Below, one piece after another: positions 52,205-60,735 of a DNA stretch of 64,000 nucleotides. The stretch is from positions 1,957 through 65,956 of the forward strand of contig ONCF01000022.1 of the NCBI GenBank assembly GCA_900316275.1. Reading direction: 5' to 3'. Under the pieces are notes generated by a model, which saw nothing but the letters and a program-made list of their open reading frames with translations, had not been told where the DNA came from and did not search any database. Position numbers and translations under genes: made by a program. This DNA comes from an uncultured Veillonellaceae bacterium. GTDB taxonomy: Bacteria > Bacillota > Negativicutes > Selenomonadales > Selenomonadaceae. Position 1 is the first letter of the stretch. Every line of letters begins with the position of its first letter.

Positions 52205-54268
52205 TTACTTGTGGTCTTCAAAATGCGTGAGGTTGAACTTCGGCTCCGTGGCCGGCTTGTGCGTGGCACCGGTCGTCTCGCCTGCGTCCGATTTCTTTTC
52301 CTCGTGCTCAGGTGCGGCCTCTGGCTCCACCTCAGGCGCTGCCGTCTCGGCTGCGGGTGCCTCGGGGGCCTTGACCGGCTCCGTGAGCGGCAGCGGCGTG
52401 ACGCCCGGTTTGCCCGTGTCGTCATCTTTGTGCTCGTCATCGTCACCGAGAGGCGGCTCCTTGATTTTGCCCGTCTCCATGAGTTCCTCGAGCTGTTTGG
52501 CGCTCAGCGTCTCATACTCGAGCAGCGCCTGCGCGATAAGCTCCAGCTTGTCGCGATTCTCCTGCAGGATGGTGCGGCAGGCCTCGTAGGCCTCGTCCAT
52601 GTAGCGGCGCACTTCCTTGTCGATGTCGCAGGCGACCTCCTCGGAGTAGTTGCGCTGATGGTTGAAGTCGCGGCCCAGGAACACCTGATGGTTCGGGCTC
52701 TCGCCGTAGGAGATAGGGCCGAGTTTCTCACTCATGCCGTACTGCATGACCATGCTGCGCGCGACGCGCGAGGCCTGCTGGATATCGGCCGACGCGCCCG
52801 TACTGATTTCCTGCAGCACGATTTCCTCGGCCACACGGCCACCCATGGCGACCTTCAGGCGGTCCATGAGCTCCGTCTTCGTCGCGTAGGAGCGGTCCTC
52901 CTTCGGCAGCATGAGCGTATAGCCGCCCGCACGGCCACGCGGGATAATCGTGACCTTGTGTACAGGGTCAGCGTGCTCGAGCATCATGCCCACGAGCGTA
53001 TGGCCGCCCTCGTGATAGGCCGTGAGGCGCTTCTCCTCATCGCTCATCACGTGCGATTTGCGCTCGGGGCCCGCCATAACACGCTCGATGGACTCCTCGA
53101 GCTCCGGCATGTTGATTTTCTTTTTATCGCGGCGTGCCGAGAGCAGCGCGGCCTCGTTGACGAGGTTGCTGAGGTCGGCGCCCGTAAAGCCCGGCGTGCG
53201 GCGCGCGAGGATATCGAGGTCCACATCATCGCCCATGGGCTTGCCTTTGCAGTGCACCTTGAGAATGGCCAGACGGCCGCGCACATCCGGCTTGTCGACG
53301 ACAATCTGGCGGTCGAAACGGCCGGGGCGCATGAGCGCCGGGTCGAGGATATCGGGGCGGTTCGTGGCCGCCATGATGATGATGCCCTCGTTCGCGGCGA
53401 AGCCGTCCATCTCCACGAGCAGCTGGTTCAGTGTCTGCTCGCGCTCATCATGCCCACCGCCGACACCGGCGCCGCGCTGACGGCCCACGGCGTCAATCTC
53501 GTCGATGAAGACGATGCAAGGCGCATTCTTTTTCGCCTGCGTGAACAAATCACGCACGCGCGAGGCACCGACACCCACGAACATCTCCACGAAATCCGAA
53601 CCGGAAATGGAGAAGAACGGCACGCCCGCCTCGCCGGCCACGGCACGCGCCAGGAGCGTCTTACCGGTGCCCGGAGGGCCGAACAGCAGCACGCCTTTCG
53701 GGATGCGCGCCCCGAGGTCGTTATACTTTTTCGGATGCTTGAGGAACTCGACGACTTCCTCGAGTTCCTGCTTCGCCTCGTCGGCACCCGCCACATCCTT
53801 GAAATTGACCTTGATTTTATCCGCGCCGCTCATGCGCGCACGGCTCTTGCCGAACGACATGACACGGCCACCGCCGCCCTGCGTCTGCTGCATGATAAAA
53901 TACCACGCACCGATGAGCAGGGCAATGGGGATGATGGTCGAAATCATCGTCGACCACCAGGGCGGCTCCGGCGGATTTTCAGCCGCAATCTCCACGTTCT
54001 TATCCTTCAGATGCTGGTACAGCGTGGGGTCGTTGTTCGGATAGTCCGGCGTCACCGTCGTGAACTGCGTGCCATCCTGCAACGTGCCGCGGATGTTGTT
54101 CTGGACGAGCACGACCTTGCTGATTTCGCCCGCATCCAGCTGTTGCAGGAAATTCGTGTACTCTATTTCATTTTGCTTGGTCTGCTTCGTCGAGAAATAA
54201 TCGATGAGTGAGATGGCCACGAGGATAATCAGCAGATAAAAGCCTACATTGCGCAGAAAATTATTCAA
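52205..54268 (-). CDS. ftsH: ATP-dependent zinc metalloprotease FtsH
   Basis: 687 aa with 2 TM helices, AAA+ motifs ([20 protein letters not shown]), the HEGGH zinc site and an acidic/Pro-rich C-terminal tail. Confidence 0.98.
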   Translation of the reverse strand: MNNFLRNVGFYLLIILVAISLIDYFSTKQTKQNEIEYTNFLQQLDAGEISKVVLVQNNIRGTLQDGTQFTTVTPDYPNNDPTLYQHLKDKNVEIAAENPPEPPWWSTMISTIIPIALLIGAWYFIMQQTQGGGGRVMSFGKSRARMSGADKIKVNFKDVAGADEAKQELEEVVEFLKHPKKYNDLGARIPKGVLLFGPPGTGKTLLARAVAGEAGVPFFSISGSDFVEMFVGVGASRVRDLFTQAKKNAPCIVFIDEIDAVGRQRGAGVGGGHDEREQTLNQLLVEMDGFAANEGIIIMAATNRPDILDPALMRPGRFDRQIVVDKPDVRGRLAILKVHCKGKPMGDDVDLDILARRTPGFTGADLSNLVNEAALLSARRDKKKINMPELEESIERVMAGPERKSHVMSDEEKRLTAYHEGGHTLVGMMLEHADPVHKVTIIPRGRAGGYTLMLPKEDRSYATKTELMDRLKVAMGGRVAEEIVLQEISTGASADIQQASRVARSMVMQYGMSEKLGPISYGESPNHQVFLGRDFNHQRNYSEEVACDIDKEVRRYMDEAYEACRTILQENRDKLELIAQALLEYETLSAKQLEELMETGKIKEPPLGDDDEHKDDDTGKPGVTPLPLTEPVKAPEAPAAETAAPEVEPEAAPEHEEKKSDAGETTGATHKPATEPKFNLTHFEDHK

Positions 54269-54304
54269 TCCCTTAACCTCCTTACGTTTGGCTCCTCATG
54301 CCGT

Positions 54305-54871
54305 TCAGTCTGCATTCTGATAGACCGACGGTTTCAGCACGCCCACATAAGGCAGGTTGCGGTATTTCTCGGCATAGTCGAGGCCGTAGCCCACGAGGAA
54401 CTCATCCGGCACCGTAAAGCCGCAGTAGTCGATATCCACGTCCACCGTGCGGCGTGACGGCTTCGAGAACAACGAGCAGAGCTTCACGGATTTCGGCTTG
54501 CGCGCCGCAAAGTATTTTTTCAGATAGTGCATCGTCGTGCCCGAGTCGATGATATCCTCGATGACCAGCAGATGTTTGCCCTCGATGTCGTAGTCGAGAT
54601 CCTTGAGAATTTTCACCGTGCCACTCGTCGACGTGCTGTTGCCGTAGCTCGAGGCAATCATAAAGTCGAAGTTAATCGGCAGCTTGATCTGCCGCACAAG
54701 GTCTGTATAGAACATAACCGCGCCCTTGAGAATGCCGACGCAGAAAATCTCCTCGTCGAAGTCCTTGTAGTCGGCCGTAATCTGCGCGCCGAGCTCCGCA
54801 ATGCGCGCCTGCAGCTGTTCCTCCGTGTAGAAAACCTTTTCGATGTCCTGATCCATATCCTTGCTTACCAT
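54305..54871 (-). CDS. hpt: Hypoxanthine phosphoribosyltransferase
   Basis: ...[14 protein letters not shown] (PRPP loop), ...[22 protein letters not shown]. Start taken at ATG 54871; the track GTG at 54904 is also possible. Confidence 0.93.
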   Translation of the reverse strand: [188 protein letters not shown]

Positions 54872-54939
54872 AGGTTCTGCCTCGCTTTTCTCTAAAACCG
54901 TCACTGACGGCAGTATGCTTATAAAACTGGTTATCCTAT

Positions 54940-54968
54940 AGCTTAATCTATTCGGCGCAACCTGTCAA
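54940..54968 (-). promoter_or_regulatory. Candidate sigma-A promoter of hpt-ftsH
   Basis: The minus strand reads TTGACA (54968-63), 17 nt of spacer, then TAAGCT (54945-40). Confidence 0.4.
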
Positions 54969-54977
54969 TCCTGCAAA

Positions 54978-55946
54978 TCAGGCATCGCCACTCTGTACGA
55001 ACGTCAGCTGACCTTGACGCAGGCGGGCACACCAACGATGCGGGAGCTGCTGTTGGCTGCCACGGCCGATCAGGACCATCTGCCGCACGCGCTCGACGGC
55101 CGTAAAAGGCAGGTCCGTAAGACTGCCCGTGGCCTCACGCCAGCAGGCACGCAAGAGCAGGCGCTGCTGGGCAGGTGGCAGGGTGAGCAGCGTCGTGCGC
55201 GGCAGCGGCAGCTGCACGGGCGGCAACGTATCTGCGAGCACCGTCTGCGCATCACCGGCCACGGCTGCGAGCTGACAGAGCGCCTGCGTGATGCGGGGAT
55301 TATAGTCAGTGCGCAGCAGGGGCAGCAGCTCAAGACGCACGCGGTTGCGCAGGCAGTCCGGCTCGCTGTTCGTCGCGTCCTCGCGTGGCGTGAGGCCGGC
55401 TGCCGCCAGATAAGCGCGTATCTCCTGTTTCGTCACGCTGAGGAACGGCCGGATGAGGCGACCGCGCTGCGGCTGGATGCCCGCGAGCCCCGTAAGCCCC
55501 GCACCGCGCAGCAGGTGCATGAGCACGGTCTCCGCCTGGTCATCGGCGTGGTGCGCCGTCGCGATGACGTCGAGGCCCCGCTCTACGCGCACGCGCTCGA
55601 GAAAGGCATAGCGCAGCTCGCGCCCCGCCGTCTCGAGCGACTGTCCCGCCGCCTGCGCCGCCGCGGGCACGTCGGCTGCCTCGACGACACAGGGCAGCGC
55701 GTGCGCCGCGCAGTATTCCTGCACAAAAAGCGCATCCGCCCGCGAGGCCGCGCCACGGATGCCGTGCTCGAAATGCGCGACCGCGAGTCGCAGCTGATAG
55801 CGCGCCGTGAGCTGGCGCAGCACCTCCACGAGCGCCAGCGAATCCGGCCCGCCCGAGCAGGCCACGACAATGCCCAGCCCCGAATGCAGCAGCTGCTCGC
55901 GCGCACAGAACTGCGCCACCCGCTGCACAAAGCCCGCCATGCCCAT
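54978..55946 (-). CDS. tilS: tRNA(Ile)-lysidine synthetase TilS
   Basis: PP-loop VACSGGPDSLAL, in the tilS-hpt-ftsH gene order. Start taken at ATG 55946; the track start at 56003 is probably too long. Confidence 0.9.
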   Translation of the reverse strand: MGMAGFVQRVAQFCAREQLLHSGLGIVVACSGGPDSLALVEVLRQLTARYQLRLAVAHFEHGIRGAASRADALFVQEYCAAHALPCVVEAADVPAAAQAAGQSLETAGRELRYAFLERVRVERGLDVIATAHHADDQAETVLMHLLRGAGLTGLAGIQPQRGRLIRPFLSVTKQEIRAYLAAAGLTPREDATNSEPDCLRNRVRLELLPLLRTDYNPRITQALCQLAAVAGDAQTVLADTLPPVQLPLPRTTLLTLPPAQQRLLLRACWREATGSLTDLPFTAVERVRQMVLIGRGSQQQLPHRWCARLRQGQLTFVQSGDA

Positions 55947-56047
55947 AGCAAACACTCCTTTTTTATCCGTCAAATGCTGCCGCCATGCAGATGTGGCCTG
56001 CATTGCCCCTGCCTCAGGGACATCATGGACACAGCCGTCCCTGATAA

Positions 56048-56076
56048 CAGAAAAAGCACCCTGAAAACAGAGTGCT
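56048..56076 (-). terminator. Intrinsic terminator after the S1-domain gene
   Basis: Minus-strand RNA AGCACUCUG-uuuu-CAGGGUGCU (56076-68 with 56063-55) is followed by UUUUUCUG. Confidence 0.7.
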
Positions 56077-56089
56077 CAAAATCATCTTT

Positions 56090-56536
56090 TTAAGAACGTC
56101 GCGAACCGCGCCCGCCGCGTTTGGAGTCCGTCTTACGGCGCAAATCCGTCAGCCGCGCGTCGCTGTCCTTGAGGAAGCGCGAGAGCTTATCCTCAAACGA
56201 AGGGTCCGTCGGGCGGTTGCCGCGATGAAAGTCACGTCCGCCGTGCGGCGCCCGCCGTGGCATGCGCGGTGCGCCCTCCGCCGCCTGGCTGCCATTGGCT
56301 GCCGTCTGCAGTGCCTTGATGGAAAGGCCGATTTTGCCCCGCTCGTCAATGCTCAGCACCTTGACCTGCACCTTCTGGTTTTCCTGCAGGAAATCGTGTA
56401 CATCTTTGACATAAACGTCTGCAACTTCTGAGATGTGGACGAGTCCTGTCTTACCCTCGGGCAGTTCCACGAATGCACCAAAATTGGTGATACCCGTGAC
56501 GATGCCTTCCACAACACTGCCAACTTCAATGGACAA
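56090..56536 (-). CDS. S1 RNA-binding domain protein (YabR-like)
   Basis: VGSVVEGIVTGITNFGAFVELPEGKTGLVHISEVAD...KVQVKVLSIDERGKIGLSIK plus an Arg-rich tail. It occupies the same position as B. subtilis yabR. Confidence 0.9.
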   Translation of the reverse strand: MSIEVGSVVEGIVTGITNFGAFVELPEGKTGLVHISEVADVYVKDVHDFLQENQKVQVKVLSIDERGKIGLSIKALQTAANGSQAAEGAPRMPRRAPHGGRDFHRGNRPTDPSFEDKLSRFLKDSDARLTDLRRKTDSKRGGRGSRRS

Positions 56537-56630
56537 GTTAATGCTTCCTCCTTATGCTCCCTATGCGCAGCTCGAAAATACACGGCCTATTATACCCTTG
56601 TTTTCTGCACAGTGTCAAGCATTACACGGC

Positions 56631-56942
56631 CTAGTGTTTTCCCGCTGCCTGCGCGGAGCCGGTGCTGTAGGGCAGCTCATCGCGCCGGGTCATGCCCAGT
56701 TCCTCGCGGGCCAGTTTCTCGATATAATCCAGCTTACCCAGATTGTCCTTTTCCTGCCGCAGCTGCTCATTCTCCTGCTGTGCCGCCGCCAGCCGCGCTT
56801 CCGCCGCCGCCTGGTCCTCGGCCAGATGGTGCAGCTGCCCCTGCTGCGAAATAAAAATACTGGAAAAATACACGATAATCAAAATCAGGACGATGCTGAA
56901 CCAGCTGAGACGCCAACGGCGCCGCTGCCTGCGTGGCTGCAT
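56631..56942 (-). CDS. divIC: Septum formation initiator (FtsB/DivIC family)
   Basis: 103 aa with an Arg-rich N-terminus, a TM helix, a leucine-zipper-like coiled coil and the conserved YIEKLAREELGM. Confidence 0.88.
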   Translation of the reverse strand: MQPRRQRRRWRLSWFSIVLILIIVYFSSIFISQQGQLHHLAEDQAAAEARLAAAQQENEQLRQEKDNLGKLDYIEKLAREELGMTRRDELPYSTGSAQAAGKH

Positions 56943-56989
56943 ATCATCATCCTTTCTGTACTCTCACTCTGGCGCTCACGCGCAAACAC

Positions 56990-57481
56990 TCATTTTTCTG
57001 ACCATTGGAAATAATCCGTCGTCGCGATGCGGCGGTACACCGAATCGCAATGCGGGCAGTGGAAATGGTCCTTGACATTCTCCATGTCCGGCTTGCCGTC
57101 CACGATGCGTACTGGCTGCCCCTCGACAAAATCCATCATTTCACCACAGCGCGGGCAAACGCACTGGCCGTTGGCGTCCTTGTGCAGCTCCATGGGCTCG
57201 ATATCGCCCGTCCGCAGCAGCTTGCGCTCCGGCTGTTTAGGCTGCTCGGGCTGCTGGCGCCACTCCTGCGGCAACTCGAACTCGTCAAAGAAGCCCGAAC
57301 GCAACAGCTCCTGAAAATAGACATTGCATTTATCGCAGACATATTTCGGCAGCGTGGTCGACATATCGACCTGCCCGCCGGCTACCGACACAGCCCCGCC
57401 GGAACGATAGCGCAGCACCCCGCCGCAATGCGGGCAGATATAGACCTGTTCCAGTTTGATTACACTCATAGCTTTCACCAT
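56990..57481 (-). CDS. Uncharacterised protein with two zinc-ribbon-like CxxC...CxxC modules
   Basis: 163 aa with CPHCGG-x32-CDKC and CPRCG-x27-CPHCD separated by a Gln/Pro/Glu-rich linker. I recognise no family. Confidence 0.65.
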   Translation of the reverse strand: MVKAMSVIKLEQVYICPHCGGVLRYRSGGAVSVAGGQVDMSTTLPKYVCDKCNVYFQELLRSGFFDEFELPQEWRQQPEQPKQPERKLLRTGDIEPMELHKDANGQCVCPRCGEMMDFVEGQPVRIVDGKPDMENVKDHFHCPHCDSVYRRIATTDYFQWSEK

Positions 57482-57544
57482 CTAAGCACGGCCATAACGC
57501 CGTTCAAATCATCCTTCACCTTAGGATAATTCCGCATATTAAGG

Positions 57545-57568
57545 GCAAAACCCTGCCCGCAGGCAGGA
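57545..57568 (-). terminator. Short intrinsic terminator after the glycosyltransferase gene
   Basis: Minus-strand RNA CCUGCC-UGCG-GGCAGG (57567-62 with 57557-52) is followed by GUUUUG. Confidence 0.55.
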
Positions 57569-57580
57569 AATAATCTGCTT

Positions 57581-58714
57581 TTATTTTTCGCCTGGTTCCC
57601 GCAACGCAGCCAGCACCTGCTGCGCAATCACCTGCGCCGCCTGGGAGCGGGCACAGGCCTGGGCGTGCATCTGCATGCTGGCCAGACGCTCCGGCGCCAG
57701 CATTTCCTGCACGGCTGGCGCAATGCGCTCGCCCGGATGCAGCCAGACCGCCGCGCCGTGCCGCGTCGCATAGACGGCATTCTCCGTCTCCGGTCCCGGA
57801 ATAGGGTCGTGCAACAGCAGCGGCACGCCTAGCACGAACGCCTCGCTCATCGTGAGCGCGCCCGGCTTCGTGATGATGAGGTCCGCCGCCCGCATGAGCA
57901 GGTGCGCCGCATCCGTATAGCCCCAGACGCGCACCGTATGCGTCGCACGGGCCGCATAGGCCTGCACACGCGTGTACAGCCGCTCATTGCGTCCCGCAAT
58001 CACCAGCAGGGTCAATGGGCCGGGCAGCGTCTCGAGCTCCTGCAGTGTCTGCTCAATGCCGCCGAGCCCCAGGCCACCGCCCATGAGCAGCACGACCGGC
58101 TGCCCTGCGGGGAGGTCCAGCTGCTGCCGTGCCACCGCCTGCGCAGGCAGACTGCCCAGCGCCGGTGCCACGGGGATGCCCGTGACAAACAGCTGCGCTG
58201 GCAGGAAACCGCGCCGCTCCATGCCCGCCGCCATCGACGGCAAAGCCATGAAATACAGGTCGACACCGGCGTACAGCCAAATCTGGTGCAGGGAATAGTC
58301 TGTCATCACCGTCGCCAGCTGAAACCGCGCACCCGTGCGCCGCTTTAACAGCGCCGCTGCCCCCTCGGGGAACGGATGCGTACAGACGACGGCATCGGGG
58401 TGCCAGCGGGCCACGAGCCGGCGCATGACGGGCAGCATGACCCAGGCAAACGCCTGCTGTACCAGCGTGCCGCCCGAGGCCCCGCCGGACACCCGGTAGA
58501 ACACGTCGTACAGATTGGGGACGAACGCCAGCATCATGAGGTAGATTTCCTTCATGAGCCAGTGTACGAGGGACACCTCCCGGCTCATGAAGTCCACCAT
58601 CCGCAGCTGTACATCCGGCTGCTGGCGCCGCAGCTCGTTGGCCACGGCCTCCGCCGCCTTGATATGGCCGGAGCCGATGGAGGCCGTCATGATGAGGATA
58701 CGCTTGCTGCCCAT
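57581..58714 (-). CDS. Diacylglycerol glycosyltransferase (MGDG synthase / UgtP-like, GT28 family)
   Basis: ILIMTASIGSGHIKAAEAVANEL... N-terminal MGDG_synth motif and a C-terminal GT-B domain (ITKPGALTMSEA). Start taken at ATG 58714, downstream of the SDR stop. Confidence 0.85.
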   Translation of the reverse strand: MGSKRILIMTASIGSGHIKAAEAVANELRRQQPDVQLRMVDFMSREVSLVHWLMKEIYLMMLAFVPNLYDVFYRVSGGASGGTLVQQAFAWVMLPVMRRLVARWHPDAVVCTHPFPEGAAALLKRRTGARFQLATVMTDYSLHQIWLYAGVDLYFMALPSMAAGMERRGFLPAQLFVTGIPVAPALGSLPAQAVARQQLDLPAGQPVVLLMGGGLGLGGIEQTLQELETLPGPLTLLVIAGRNERLYTRVQAYAARATHTVRVWGYTDAAHLLMRAADLIITKPGALTMSEAFVLGVPLLLHDPIPGPETENAVYATRHGAAVWLHPGERIAPAVQEMLAPERLASMQMHAQACARSQAAQVIAQQVLAALREPGEK

Positions 58715-58764
58715 AACTCGTGCCACCCCTGACGGTTCATAGATATCTTTTATTCTAACACATT

Positions 58765-59544
58765 TTACGCCGTGAGGCCACCGTCTACGGACCAAATCGC
58801 TCCGGTTACGAAACCGGCCTGCGCAGAAAGCAGGAACGCGATGACTGCTGCCGCCTCTGCCGGCTGGCCGATACGCCCCAGCGGGTAGACGGAGGCCATC
58901 TCCTGCAAGCCGGCCTGCGGATCAGGCAGGGCCGCGAGCTGCGCCTGCGTCATGGGGGTCAGGATATCGCCGGGGGCAATGGCATTCACGCGTACGCCCG
59001 TATGTGCGACCTCGAGCGCCAGTGCCCGCGTAAAGAGCACGACGGCGCCCTTGCTCGCGCAGTAGGCCGTACAGAAATAATTGCCGTGTACGCCCGCGTC
59101 CGAAGCCACATTGACGATACTGCCTCGTGCTTTGGTGAGCTCCGGCAGCGCCGCCTGACAGAGGTACAACGTGCCTTTGACATTGACATCCAGCACCGCA
59201 TCCAGCTGCGCCGGCGTCACATCCGCGAGTGCGCCCTCGCAGTAGATACCGGCCGAGCACACGAGGCCCGTCAGCCGGCCAAAATGCATTACCGCCTGCT
59301 GCACGGCGCGCTGGCAGTCCGCCGGCCGCCGCACATCACCGGCCACAAACGCCGCCCGCTCACCAGCAGCCAGCGTGTCCAGAGCCGCCTGCCCTCGCTG
59401 TGCATCGCGTCCCAGGAGCACGACACAGGCTCCCTGCTGGCAGAGCAGCTGTGCTGTCGCCAGCCCGATACCTGACGTCCCGCCGGAAATGAGTACGACC
59501 TGTTCTGTCATCTCAGCCATCATCACTGCCCTCAAAGCAAACAA
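58765..59544 (-). CDS. Short-chain dehydrogenase/reductase (SDR) family oxidoreductase
   Basis: VVLISGGTSGIGLATA (TGxxxGxG), NVASDAG...YCASKGAV (YxxxK). The exact start is ambiguous (Met codons at residues 1, 8, 9 and 12). Confidence 0.88.
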   Translation of the reverse strand: MFALRAVMMAEMTEQVVLISGGTSGIGLATAQLLCQQGACVVLLGRDAQRGQAALDTLAAGERAAFVAGDVRRPADCQRAVQQAVMHFGRLTGLVCSAGIYCEGALADVTPAQLDAVLDVNVKGTLYLCQAALPELTKARGSIVNVASDAGVHGNYFCTAYCASKGAVVLFTRALALEVAHTGVRVNAIAPGDILTPMTQAQLAALPDPQAGLQEMASVYPLGRIGQPAEAAAVIAFLLSAQAGFVTGAIWSVDGGLTA

Positions 59545-59609
59545 AAACCAGGCTCCCGACTGGCGGAAGCCTGATTTATATCACTACCACGTACAACACT
59601 AAGCGCAAC

Positions 59610-59885
59610 TTAGGCCTTGACGGCATCCTTCAGCGCCTTGCCAGCCTTGAACACGGGCGTCTTGGAAGCGGGGATCATAATCTCCTGCTTCGTGGCCGGG
59701 TTGCGGCCTTTGCGCGCAGCGCGCTCTTTCGTCTCGAACGTGCCAAAGCCGATGAGCTGTACCTTGTCACCAGCGACCAGCGCATCCTGTACGGACGCGA
59801 AAACGGCGTTCACAGCCTTCTCGGCATCCTTCTTCGTCATAGCGGTTTTTTCTGCTACACTAGCTACCAATTCAGTCTTGTTCAC
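59610..59885 (-). CDS. hup: Nucleoid protein HU
   Basis: 91 aa, [29 protein letters not shown]...[46 protein letters not shown] start with an AAGGAGG RBS. Confidence 0.96.
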   Translation of the reverse strand: MNKTELVASVAEKTAMTKKDAEKAVNAVFASVQDALVAGDKVQLIGFGTFETKERAARKGRNPATKQEIMIPASKTPVFKAGKALKDAVKA

Positions 59886-59964
59886 AATCGTAGCCTCCTT
59901 AATCTGTTTAGCCTTCTTGTGGCGGGCGCCTGCCGTGACGGCTTTGCGTCTGCCTGCTTATCAA

Positions 59965-59993
59965 AATTTAGCAGAAAAGCCTAGAAAAATCAA
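59965..59993 (-). promoter_or_regulatory. Candidate sigma-A promoter of hup
   Basis: The minus strand reads TTGATT (59993-88), 17 nt of spacer, then TAAATT (59970-65). Confidence 0.55.
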
Positions 59994-60051
59994 GGCTTTT
60001 CGCAAAAAAACCCATTTTCACAGCGAAAAAATCGTTATTTTTTGCTCGTAC

Positions 60052-60735
60052 TTACTCCGTTTTCGCTAACCGGGGCACGAAAAGCGTCGTGAGATGGTCG
60101 ATATCCGGCTGGCGGTCGAGCTCATAAAGCGGTATCTCGCGGATACTCTCATCGGGCAGCGCGAGGTTGTGCACATAAATGACCGGGTACTCGTCACCGT
60201 ACAAATCCATGAGCGTGAGCTTCGTGTCCGAGGCGAGGCCGCGGTTCCAGATCTGGGTGATGATGAGGCTCTGTGCCGGTGGCTGGGCAAAGGTCGTGAC
60301 GTCCTCCGCGTCGATGATGGTCAGCCCCGTCACCGGATCGATGCCGAGCGCCGTATACATGACCTCGACGAAGCTCATGCCCGGCAGGATGCGCAGTGTG
60401 ACCGCCGGCTGTGCCGCCGCGAGCTCGCGCAGCAGCACGACCGTGCGCTCCGCCACGAGCGGGCTGCCTGGCACTGCGTACACGACATCCTGCTCTGTCG
60501 CCTGTGCGAGCACATCCTCGGCGATGCTGCGGTAAAGCGCCTCAAAGTCCTCGGCCTGCTCGTACCAGGCATCATAGGTCGTGTAGTGGATACCGGCCGT
60601 ATCGAGCGCCGCCACCGTAGGATGGATGCGCGTGCGCAAAATGAGCCGCTTTGCCTCTAGCATGAGCGTCCACGTCTCGCGCGTGATGAGCCCCGCGCGC
60701 CCTGGGCCGAGCCCGACTACTGTCAATGTGGCCAT
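60052..60735 (-). CDS. Tetrapyrrole-methylase-fold (SAM-dependent) protein corresponding to the N-terminal half of YabN/MazG
   Basis: MATLTVVGLGPGRAGLITRETWTLMLEAKRLILRTRIHPTVAAL... 227 aa with no MazG NTP-pyrophosphohydrolase domain following. Its start abuts the mfd stop. Confidence 0.8.
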   Translation of the reverse strand: MATLTVVGLGPGRAGLITRETWTLMLEAKRLILRTRIHPTVAALDTAGIHYTTYDAWYEQAEDFEALYRSIAEDVLAQATEQDVVYAVPGSPLVAERTVVLLRELAAAQPAVTLRILPGMSFVEVMYTALGIDPVTGLTIIDAEDVTTFAQPPAQSLIITQIWNRGLASDTKLTLMDLYGDEYPVIYVHNLALPDESIREIPLYELDRQPDIDHLTTLFVPRLAKTE

